From an uncultured Eubacteriales bacterium (GTDB taxonomy: Bacteria > Bacillota > Clostridia > Christensenellales > Aristaeellaceae): a DNA stretch of 18,632 nt. A program made the translations under genes and the position numbers. Each line of letters starts with the position of its first letter. The first letter of the stretch is position 1. The notes under the pieces were generated by a model. The model had not been told where the DNA came from, ran no database searches, and saw nothing but the letters and a program-made list of their open reading frames with translations. Below are positions 1-8,800 of this stretch, piece after piece. The DNA is taken from NCBI GenBank assembly GCA_902761825.1, contig CACWLY010000068.1:1-18632 (forward strand), given 5' to 3'.

Positions 1-251
1 CCTGTGCGCTGACGCCCCGCGCTACTGCCTGCGGCAAGCGCGGGTTTCGGGCGGCAATCTTCCGGATTGCCTGCCCTCAGTCTCGCTTCGCTCGACGCTG
101 TTTCGCGCACAGTCGGCCAGCGAAGCTGGCCTGCCCGGGAGCGGTGGCTCACGCTATCCAACTGACAGCGGCAAGTTGCTTTTTCGACAAGTTGCGCCGC
201 AGCCGGGGTCCAGGGGTTTCGAGCTCCCGGAAAATCTTCCCTTGGGCCGTT

Positions 252-409
252 ATACTATTCTCAGTATAAAAGATTATCAGATTTGGGATGGATTTTTCGC
301 CCTGGCTAAGCTGAATGGAGGGAGGCGTAGCAGCGCTACGTTGACCGGAAGCAACGCCAAGGCGGAAAAGACACCCAAAGATGATAAGATTTTAGATTGA
401 GAATAGTAT
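252..409. repeat. AT-rich TIR-bounded repeat element, long variant (158 nt), MITE-like or structured-RNA-like
   Basis: 252-343 is identical to 8583-8674 (92 nt) and 390-409 is identical to 8675-8694 (20 nt), read directly. The 12-bp terminal inverted repeats are ATACTATTCTCA (252-263) and TGAGAATAGTAT (398-409). This copy has an extra 46 nt (344-389) that the second copy lacks. GC content is far below the surrounding DNA. Confidence 0.85.
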
Positions 410-445
410 TAATCCTGGCCTTCGGCCAGCGCAAGCGAACAGCGA

Positions 446-477
446 GAAACGGGCCGGAAGGCCCCTAACGTTTTTTT
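446..477. terminator. Possible terminator region downstream of recA (GC hairpin GGGCC-GGAA-GGCCC with flanking AAACG/CGTTT pairing and a T7 run on the plus strand)
   Basis: Hairpin 451-464, outer pairing 447-451 with 469-473, TTTTTTT at 471-477 on the plus strand. On the minus strand (recA sense) the stem is followed only by GTTTCTC, so it looks weak for recA. Confidence 0.35.
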
Positions 478-488
478 GTCCAGCGCCG

Positions 489-1583
489 TCACTCCAGATC
501 GTCGAACTCGCTGTCGGGCATTTCGGGCAGGTCGGCGTCGGGGTCCTCGGCGGGCGTTTCGACGGGCTGGAAGGTGGCGCGGATGGCGGCCTCCAGCTCC
601 TCGCGGAAATCGGGATGATCCTTGATATACTGGCGGGCGTTCTCGCGGCCCTGGGCGATGCGCTCGTCCTTATAGCTGAACCACGCGCCGCTCTTATGGA
701 TGAGATCGCGCTCGACGGCCATATCCAGGATCGTGCCTTCCTTGCTGATGCCCTCGCCGTAGAGCAGGTCAAACTCGGCGGTGCGGAAGGGCGGGGCCAC
801 CTTATTTTTGACCACCTTGATCTTTGTGCGGTTGCCGATCACGGTGGGGCCGTTCTTGAGCTGCTCGCCGCGGCGCACGTCCAGGCGCACGGAGCTGTAA
901 AACTTGAGCGCGCGGCCGCCGGTGGTGACCTCGGGATTGCCGTACATGACGCCCACCTTTTCGCGCAGCTGGTTGATAAAGATCACGATGGCGTTGGTCT
1001 TGTTGACCACGCCTGCGAGCTTGCGCAGCGCCTGGCTCATGAGCCGCGCCTGCAGGCCCACGAAGCTGTCGCCCATTTCGCCGTCGATCTCGGCGCGCGG
1101 AACGAGCGCGGCCACGGAGTCCACCACCACGATGTCCACCGCGCCCGAGCGCACGAGCGCTTCGCAGATTTCCAGCGCGTCCTCGCCGGTGCTGGGCTGG
1201 CTGACGTACAGTTCGCCGATATCCACGCCCAGCTTCTGCGCGTAATCGGGATCGAGCGCGTGCTCGGCGTCGATGAACGCCGCGATGCCGCCGCGTTTCT
1301 GGCACTCGGCCACGACGTGCAGGGCCACGGTGGTTTTGCCGCTGGATTCGGGGCCGAACACCTCGATGATGCGGCCCTTGGGGATGCCGCCGACGCCCAG
1401 CGCCAAATCAAGCTCCAGGCAGCCGGTGGGGATGACCTCCACCTTCATGTGCGACTGCTCGCCCAGCTTCATCACGGTGCCCTTGCCAAACTGCTTTTCC
1501 AGGGACGCCAGGGTGGTTTCCAGCGCGCGCGCGCGGTCGTCCAGCGCCTTCGCGGCCTTGTCTTCTGCTGCTTTCTTTGCCAT
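489..1583 (-). CDS. recA: Recombinase RecA (364 aa)
   Basis: Translation starts [22 protein letters not shown]...[15 protein letters not shown]. It has the Walker A motif GPESSGKTT, the segment [10 protein letters not shown] and an acidic C-terminal tail. ATG at 1583-1581 is preceded by GGAG. The 490-aa ORF in the track is an upstream in-frame extension running through cinA. Confidence 0.97.
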   Translation of the reverse strand: MAKKAAEDKAAKALDDRARALETTLASLEKQFGKGTVMKLGEQSHMKVEVIPTGCLELDLALGVGGIPKGRIIEVFGPESSGKTTVALHVVAECQKRGGIAAFIDAEHALDPDYAQKLGVDIGELYVSQPSTGEDALEICEALVRSGAVDIVVVDSVAALVPRAEIDGEMGDSFVGLQARLMSQALRKLAGVVNKTNAIVIFINQLREKVGVMYGNPEVTTGGRALKFYSSVRLDVRRGEQLKNGPTVIGNRTKIKVVKNKVAPPFRTAEFDLLYGEGISKEGTILDMAVERDLIHKSGAWFSYKDERIAQGRENARQYIKDHPDFREELEAAIRATFQPVETPAEDPDADLPEMPDSEFDDLE

Positions 1584-1597
1584 AAAAAACGTACTCC

Positions 1598-2044
1598 TTA
1601 CTCGAGATCCAATAAATTCAAAGCCGCCCGCGCGGCCTGTTTTCTGATATTCGAACGGCTGCCGCCGAAGCGGCATTCCTTCGCGGTCACGCCCGCGGGG
1701 CCCGCCAGCGCGACGTACGCCAGCCCCACGTCCTCGCCGTCGGGCCCGGCGTAGCCGGTGGTGGCAAGCGCGTAGGTCACCTGCAAGCGCTCCCTCGCGC
1801 CCGCGGCCATTTCCATGGCGGTCTGCGCGCTTACGGCGCCGTACTCCGCCAGCGTTTCGGGCTTCACGCCCAGCAGGCTGACCTTGCGCCCCTCGTCGTA
1901 AGCCACAACGCCGCCCATGAACGCCCTGCTCGCGCCCGGCACGCGCACGACGGCGTCGCACAGCAGCCCGCCGGTCAGGCTTTCGGCGCAGCCGAGCGTT
2001 TCGCCGCGCCGCGTCAGCGCGGCAATGATCGCCTTAGCCGTCAT
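1598..2044 (-). CDS. cinA: CinA C-terminal-domain protein / nicotinamide-nucleotide amidohydrolase (PncC-like), 148 aa
   Basis: [28 protein letters not shown]...TTGYAGP matches the CinA_C signature (AESxTGG, TGxAGP). It sits between pgsA and recA as in many Firmicutes. Its ATG overlaps the pgsA stop (ATGA at 2041-2044). Confidence 0.88.
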   Translation of the reverse strand: MTAKAIIAALTRRGETLGCAESLTGGLLCDAVVRVPGASRAFMGGVVAYDEGRKVSLLGVKPETLAEYGAVSAQTAMEMAAGARERLQVTYALATTGYAGPDGEDVGLAYVALAGPAGVTAKECRFGGSRSNIRKQAARAALNLLDLE

Positions 2045-2562
2045 ATGCCCAGGTCCTTTTTGAACAGATCGCGCAGCTTCCAGAAATATTCGATGCCGCT
2101 GTACAGCGTGAGCGCGGCGACGACGACGCTGGCCGCCAGCGTCAGCGTGCTCTCCCCGAACACGAGCACATACACGATCAGGCCCATCTGGCAGGCGGTC
2201 TTGATCTTGCCGCTCCAGCCCGCCGCCACCACGCGGCGCTGCTCGGCGGCCACCATGCGCAGCCCGTCCACCAGCAGCTCGCGGAACAGCAGGATCACCG
2301 GCAGCCACACCGGCAGCAGCTGTTCGCGGCACAGCACGATCATCATCGAAAGCACGAGGATCTTATCGGCGATAGGGTCGGCAAACTTGCCGAAATTGGT
2401 GATCAGCTTGTTTTTACGGGCCAGGTAGCCGTCCAGCGTATCGGTCAGGCAGGCCAGCGCGAACACCGCGGCGGCGGGCAGGCGGTAGCCGTACCCGGCC
2501 AGAAGCAGGCACACCGGTACCAGCAGGATACGCAGAACGGTCAGTTTGTTTGGCGTGTTCAC
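2041..2562 (-). CDS. pgsA: CDP-diacylglycerol--glycerol-3-phosphate 3-phosphatidyltransferase (173 aa)
   Basis: Carries the CDP-alcohol phosphatidyltransferase motif DTLDGYLARKNKLITNFGKFADPIADK and multiple hydrophobic helices. GTG start at 2562-2560 is preceded by GGAGGG and overlaps the rimO stop (GTGA). Confidence 0.93.
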   Translation of the reverse strand: MNTPNKLTVLRILLVPVCLLLAGYGYRLPAAAVFALACLTDTLDGYLARKNKLITNFGKFADPIADKILVLSMMIVLCREQLLPVWLPVILLFRELLVDGLRMVAAEQRRVVAAGWSGKIKTACQMGLIVYVLVFGESTLTLAASVVVAALTLYSGIEYFWKLRDLFKKDLGI

Positions 2563-3866
2563 GGTTCACCCTCCATGATCCCGTACAGGTCGTATGTATC
2601 GGCGCGCGCGACGCGCACGCTGACGAATTCGCCCGGCGTCAGCTCGCGCCCGGCGGTAAAGTAAATCATGCCGTCGCTGTCGGGCGCTTCCATGGCGCTG
2701 CGGCCGGTATAGAAGCCGTCCTCGAACCCCGTGACCAGCACGCGGCAGGCGGAGCCCACGCGCTTTTCGTTCAGCTCCCGGCTGATCCCGGCCTGCAGGG
2801 CCATCAGGCGGTCCAGGCGCTCCTGCTTGATCTCCTCGGGCACCTGATCGGGCATCGACGCGCCCGGGGTATCCTCCTCGGCCGAATAGGCGAAAGCGCC
2901 CATGCGGTCGAAGCGCATGCGGCGGGTAAAATCCATCAGCTCGCTGAAATCCTCCTCGGTCTCCCCGGGGAAGCCAACGATAAAGGTTGTGCGCAGCGTA
3001 AAGCCCATTTCCCGCGCGCGGGCAAGCAGCGCCTCGGCCTGCGCGATCGTGCCCCGGCGGTTCATAGCCCGGAGCAGTCTGTCGCTCGCGTGCTGCAGCG
3101 GCAGGTCCAGATACCTGCACACGTTTTCGCGCTTCGCCATTTCCTCCAGCAGCGCGACGGACGTTTCGTCGGGATACATGTACAGCGCCCGCAGCCATTC
3201 CACCCCGGGCAGGGCGGAAACCCGGCCGATCAGCCCGGCAAGGCTTTTGCCGTTGTCCCGGCCGTAGCGCGTGGTGTCCTGCGAGATCAGGATCAGCTCC
3301 TTCGCGCCGTTCGCCGCGAGACGGCGGGCTTCCTCCAGGATCGCGCCCTCGTCCCGGCTGCGGTAGCCGCCGCGGATCAGCGGGATCGCGCAGTACGCGC
3401 AGCGGTTGTCGCAGCCCTCGCCGATGCGCACGTAGGCCGAATAGGCGGGGGTGGTCAGCACGCGTCCGCACTCCAGCATGGCGCTTTTGCGCTCGCGGTA
3501 ATCGGGCCGCTGCCCGGCGGCGGCGAGCGCCACGGCCTCGGCGATCCTGTCGTACTGGCTCACGCCCAGCAGGGCGTCGATCTCGGGCATATCGGAAAGC
3601 AGGGCGTCGCCGTAGCGCTGGGCCAGGCAGCCCGTCACGATGAGCTTGCGGCACCTGCCCGTTTTTTTGTATTCCGACATCTCCAGAATGGTCTGGATGC
3701 TCTCTTCCTTGGCCGGGTCGATAAAGCCGCAGGTGTTGACGATGATGATCTCCGCCTCGGCGGGATCGGGGGTAAACTCGTGCCCCGCGTCCGTCAGCAT
3801 CGACAGCATCTGTTCGGTATCCACGCGGTTTTTGACGCAGCCCAGCGATATAACGCCGATCTTCAT
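2559..3866 (-). CDS. rimO: Ribosomal protein S12 methylthiotransferase RimO (radical SAM, 435 aa)
   Basis: The N-terminus MKIGVISLGCVKNRVDTE is RimO-type, the radical-SAM cluster motif is GCDNRCAYCAIP, and the C-terminal part is TRAM-like. GGAGG lies upstream of the ATG at 3866. Confidence 0.88.
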   Translation of the reverse strand: MKIGVISLGCVKNRVDTEQMLSMLTDAGHEFTPDPAEAEIIIVNTCGFIDPAKEESIQTILEMSEYKKTGRCRKLIVTGCLAQRYGDALLSDMPEIDALLGVSQYDRIAEAVALAAAGQRPDYRERKSAMLECGRVLTTPAYSAYVRIGEGCDNRCAYCAIPLIRGGYRSRDEGAILEEARRLAANGAKELILISQDTTRYGRDNGKSLAGLIGRVSALPGVEWLRALYMYPDETSVALLEEMAKRENVCRYLDLPLQHASDRLLRAMNRRGTIAQAEALLARAREMGFTLRTTFIVGFPGETEEDFSELMDFTRRMRFDRMGAFAYSAEEDTPGASMPDQVPEEIKQERLDRLMALQAGISRELNEKRVGSACRVLVTGFEDGFYTGRSAMEAPDSDGMIYFTAGRELTPGEFVSVRVARADTYDLYGIMEGEP

Positions 3867-3899
3867 GCGGTCGCCTCCGGCATCACAGACTTTGGGAAC

Positions 3900-3928
3900 A
3901 TTATATCATAAACCTGATCCCGGTACAA
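3900..3928 (-). promoter_or_regulatory. Candidate sigma-70-type promoter for the rimO-pgsA-cinA-recA operon
   Basis: Minus strand reads TTGTAC (3928-3923), a 17-nt spacer, then TATAAT (3905-3900) with an extended -10 TGA-TATAAT. It lies about 35 nt upstream of the rimO ATG. Confidence 0.6.
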
Positions 3929-3948
3929 GTATCGCCGCAAAAATAACG

Positions 3949-3962
3949 CGAACATCTGTTTG
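3949..3962. promoter_or_regulatory. Candidate LexA (Cheo-type SOS) box, one mismatch
   Basis: CGAACATCTGTTTG differs at one position from the Gram-positive consensus CGAAC-N4-GTTCG. It lies in the divergent rimO(recA operon)/gyrB intergenic region, about 20 nt upstream of the proposed rimO -35. Confidence 0.35.
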
Positions 3963-4006
3963 CGCGGTTTCTGCGGGCAATTTACGCCATATAATAAGGA
4001 AAAAGC

Positions 4007-4035
4007 TTGTGCAAAACCGCGTTTTGTGATATAAT
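4007..4035 (+). promoter_or_regulatory. Candidate sigma-70-type promoter for gyrB-gyrA
   Basis: TTGTGC (4007-4012), a 17-nt spacer, then TATAAT (4030-4035) with an extended -10 TGA-TATAAT. It lies about 60 nt upstream of the gyrB ATG. Confidence 0.6.
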
Positions 4036-4041
4036 GTTTAA

Positions 4042-6075
<2,034 letters not shown>

Positions 6076-6108
6076 TAAACGCAAAAAGACGATTAAAGGG
6101 GAGATTCC

Positions 6109-8583
6109 ATGAGCGATATTCAGGATCGCCTGATTCCCATCAAGCTGGAAGAGGAAATGCAGAAAAGCTTCATTTCCTATTCGATGGCGGTAATCATCAA
6201 CCGCGCGCTGCCCGACGTGCGCGACGGCTTGAAGCCCGTGCACCGGCGCATTCTCTATGATATGAACGAGCTGGGCATGACGCCCGACAAACCCTTCCGC
6301 AAGAGCGCGCGCATCGTGGGCGACGTGCTGGGCAAGTTCCATCCCCACGGCGACAGCAGCGTGTACGACGCCATGGTGCGTCTGGCCCAGGATTTCAACA
6401 TGCGCTACATGCTGGTGGAGGGCCAGGGCAACTTCGGCTCCGTCGACGGCGATGGCGCGGCCGCCATGCGTTATACCGAGGCGCGCATGGCGAAAATCAC
6501 CCAGCACCTGATCGGCGAGATCGACAAGGACACCGTCGATTTCATGCCCAACTTCGACGAAACGCTGATGCAGCCCACCGTGCTGCCCGCGCGCTTCCCG
6601 AACCTGCTGGTCAACGGCGCGACCGGCATCGCCGTGGGCATGGCGACCAATATCCCGCCGCATAACCTGACCGAGGTGATAAACGGCGCGATCTGCCTGA
6701 TGGAGAATCCGAACGCTTCGCTGGACGACCTGATGGAGCACATCAAGGGCCCGGACTTCCCCACCGGCGGCATCATCCTGGGGCGCACCGGCATCCGCGA
6801 GGCGTACCATACCGGCCGCGGGCGCATCATCGTGCGCGCAAGGACCGAGATCGAAACGCTGGAGAACGGCCGCGACCGCATCGTGATCTCCGAGATCCCC
6901 TACGGCGTAAACAAGGCCAAGCTGGTCGAGAAGATCGCCGAGCTCGTGCACGAAAAGCAGATCGAGGGCATCAGCGATATCCGCGACGAGAGCGACCGCC
7001 ACGGCATGCGCATCGTGATCGACCTCAAGCGCGACGTGCAGCCGCAGGTCGTGCTCAACTACCTGTACAAGCACACGCAATTGCAGGACACCTTCGGCGT
7101 GATCATGCTGGCCCTGGTGCACGGCGAGCCCAAGATCCTGAGCCTGCACGACATGCTGTACTGGTACATCGAGCACCAGAAGGACGTGGTCACCCGCCGC
7201 ACGAAGTACGACCTGGACAAGAGCCTGGCCCGCGCGCACATTTTGGAAGGCCTGCTCAAGGCCATGGACAATATCGACGAGATCGTCCATATCATCCGCC
7301 ACAGCAAGGATACGCCCGCCGCAAAGCAGCAGCTGATGGACCGCTTCGAGTTCAGCGACAAGCAGGCCCAGGCCATCCTTGATATGCGCCTCGCGCGCCT
7401 GACCAACCTGGAGGCCGACAAGCTGCTGGCCGAGTATCAGGAGCTGGAAAAGACGATCGCCAATCTGCAGGCCATACTGGCCGACGAAAAGCTGCTGCTC
7501 TCCGTGATCAAGGACGAGCTGGGCGCGATCCGCGACAAGTTCGGCGACGAGCGCCGCACCGAGATCGGCGTGCTGGACGGCGAGATCGACGTGGAAGACC
7601 TGATCCCCGTGGACGACATGGTGGTCACCCTGACGCACTTCGGCTATATCAAGCGCCTGCCGCGCAGCACGTACCGCGCCCAGGGGCGCGGCGGCAAGGG
7701 CGTCGTGGGCCAGAACCTGCGCGACGAGGATTACGCCGAGCAGATCCGCGTGGTCAACACGCACGTGCCCATCATGTTCTTCACCAGCCGCGGCCGCTGC
7801 TATATGATGAAGTGCTACGAGATCCCCGAGGCCGGACGCACGGCCCGCGGAACGGCCATCGTGAACCTGCTGCAATTGCAGAGCGGCGAAAAGGTGACCG
7901 CCATGATCCCCATGCCCAGCGAGACCGAGGGCAAATACCTGACGATGGCGACAAAGGGCGGCCTGATCAAGAAAACGCCGCTGGACGAGTTCGCCAACCT
8001 GCGCAAGAGCGGCCTGATCGCCATTATCCTCAACGAAGACGACGACCTGGTGGACGTCGAGCTCACCGACGGCCAGAGCGTGCTGCTGATGGCGACGCGC
8101 GGCGGCAAGGCGATCCGCTTCGACGAAAACAAGGTGCGCAGCATGGGCCGCGCAAGCCGCGGCGTGCGCAGCATGCGCCTGCTGAACGGCGACCGCGTGA
8201 TCAGCATGTGCGCCCTGCGCGAGGATGAAAAGGTGCTCAGCATCACCGAGAACGGCTACGGCAAGCGCACGCCGCCCGACGAGTACCGCGAAACCAACCG
8301 CGGCGGCCAGGGCGTGACCGCCATGAACCTGACCGAAAAGACCGGCCTGCTCGCCGCGCAGCTCATGGTGCGCGACGACGAGGATATCTTCCTGATCACC
8401 GACGAAGGCACCGTGATCCGCACGGCCGTCGATTCCATCCGCGTCTGCGGCCGCGTCTCCCAGGGCGTGCGCCTGATGCGCGTGGGCGAAAACGCGCACA
8501 TCGTCGGCGTCGCGCGAACCGATAAGGAAGCCGAGGACGACGACGCCCCCGCCGAAACGCCGGAGGAGACGCCGGGGGAGTAA
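6109..8583 (+). CDS. gyrA: DNA gyrase subunit A (824 aa)
   Basis: Active-site region [26 protein letters not shown] (Ser83 and Asp87 equivalents unmutated, codons 6355-6357 and 6367-6369), C-terminal beta-pinwheel repeats and an acidic tail. GGGGAG RBS upstream of the start. Confidence 0.97.
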   Translation: MSDIQDRLIPIKLEEEMQKSFISYSMAVIINRALPDVRDGLKPVHRRILYDMNELGMTPDKPFRKSARIVGDVLGKFHPHGDSSVYDAMVRLAQDFNMRYMLVEGQGNFGSVDGDGAAAMRYTEARMAKITQHLIGEIDKDTVDFMPNFDETLMQPTVLPARFPNLLVNGATGIAVGMATNIPPHNLTEVINGAICLMENPNASLDDLMEHIKGPDFPTGGIILGRTGIREAYHTGRGRIIVRARTEIETLENGRDRIVISEIPYGVNKAKLVEKIAELVHEKQIEGISDIRDESDRHGMRIVIDLKRDVQPQVVLNYLYKHTQLQDTFGVIMLALVHGEPKILSLHDMLYWYIEHQKDVVTRRTKYDLDKSLARAHILEGLLKAMDNIDEIVHIIRHSKDTPAAKQQLMDRFEFSDKQAQAILDMRLARLTNLEADKLLAEYQELEKTIANLQAILADEKLLLSVIKDELGAIRDKFGDERRTEIGVLDGEIDVEDLIPVDDMVVTLTHFGYIKRLPRSTYRAQGRGGKGVVGQNLRDEDYAEQIRVVNTHVPIMFFTSRGRCYMMKCYEIPEAGRTARGTAIVNLLQLQSGEKVTAMIPMPSETEGKYLTMATKGGLIKKTPLDEFANLRKSGLIAIILNEDDDLVDVELTDGQSVLLMATRGGKAIRFDENKVRSMGRASRGVRSMRLLNGDRVISMCALREDEKVLSITENGYGKRTPPDEYRETNRGGQGVTAMNLTEKTGLLAAQLMVRDDEDIFLITDEGTVIRTAVDSIRVCGRVSQGVRLMRVGENAHIVGVARTDKEAEDDDAPAETPEETPGE

Positions 8584-8694
8584 TACTATTCTCAGTATAA
8601 AAGATTATCAGATTTGGGATGGATTTTTCGCCCTGGCTAAGCTGAATGGAGGGAGGCGTAGCAGCGCTACGTTGTTTTAGATTGAGAATAGTAT
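8583..8694. repeat. AT-rich TIR-bounded repeat element, short variant (112 nt)
   Basis: Identical to copy 1 apart from lacking the 46-nt internal segment. TIRs are at 8583-8594 and 8683-8694. The element starts at the last base of the gyrA TAA stop. It contains the SD-like GGAGGGAGG (8648-8656) and a hairpin CGTAGC-AGC-GCTACG (8657-8671) followed by TTGTTTT. GC is about 40 percent by hand count (45 of 112). Confidence 0.85.
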
Positions 8695-8715
8695 AATATA
8701 AAAAACAAACGCAGC

Positions 8716-8736
8716 GACGAGGGCGCCGCCCTCGTC
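8716..8736 (-). terminator. Possible secondary minus-strand intrinsic terminator downstream of topB
   Basis: The 8-bp stem GACGAGGG/CCCTCGTC has a 5-nt loop. In the minus-strand sense it is followed, after 6 nt, by TTTGTTTTTT. Confidence 0.35.
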
Positions 8737-8768
8737 TCCTGCCGGACGGCAGACGCCGAATAAACAGA

Positions 8769-8800
8769 ATGACGGGGCGAAAAAGCCCCGTCATTTCTTT
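8769..8800. terminator. Bidirectional intrinsic terminator shared by convergent gyrA and topB
   Basis: 10-bp stem ATGACGGGGC (8769-8778) / GCCCCGTCAT (8785-8794) with loop GAAAAA. It is followed by TTCTTTTCG on the plus strand and ATTCTGTTTATTC on the minus strand. The topB stop codon (8791-8793) lies inside the stem. Confidence 0.6.

Noticed and set aside
205-230. GGGGTTTCGAGCTCCC looked superficially like a tRNA T-arm
   Set aside because: The stem does not pair properly (4 bp including a G-U, with an 8-nt loop), and no acceptor, D or anticodon arms can be built around it.
176-400. 74-aa plus-strand ORF (TTG start) running through repeat copy 1
   Set aside because: There is no RBS and the composition is not protein-like. 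The reading frame is not preserved in the second copy of the repeat because of the 46-nt difference and different flanks.
1584-1961. N-terminal extensions of track ORFs: recA to 1961, cinA to 2332, topB to 11106, lepA to 14568, and the gyrB TTG at 4051
   Set aside because: The extensions are Arg/Gly-rich, overlap the upstream genes and lack an RBS. In each case an internal ATG or GTG with a GGAG-type RBS matches the canonical protein N-terminus.
6355-6369. gyrA QRDR checked for fluoroquinolone-resistance substitutions
   Set aside because: The Ser83 and Asp87 equivalents are the wild-type residues (AGC Ser, GAC Asp), so there is nothing unusual.
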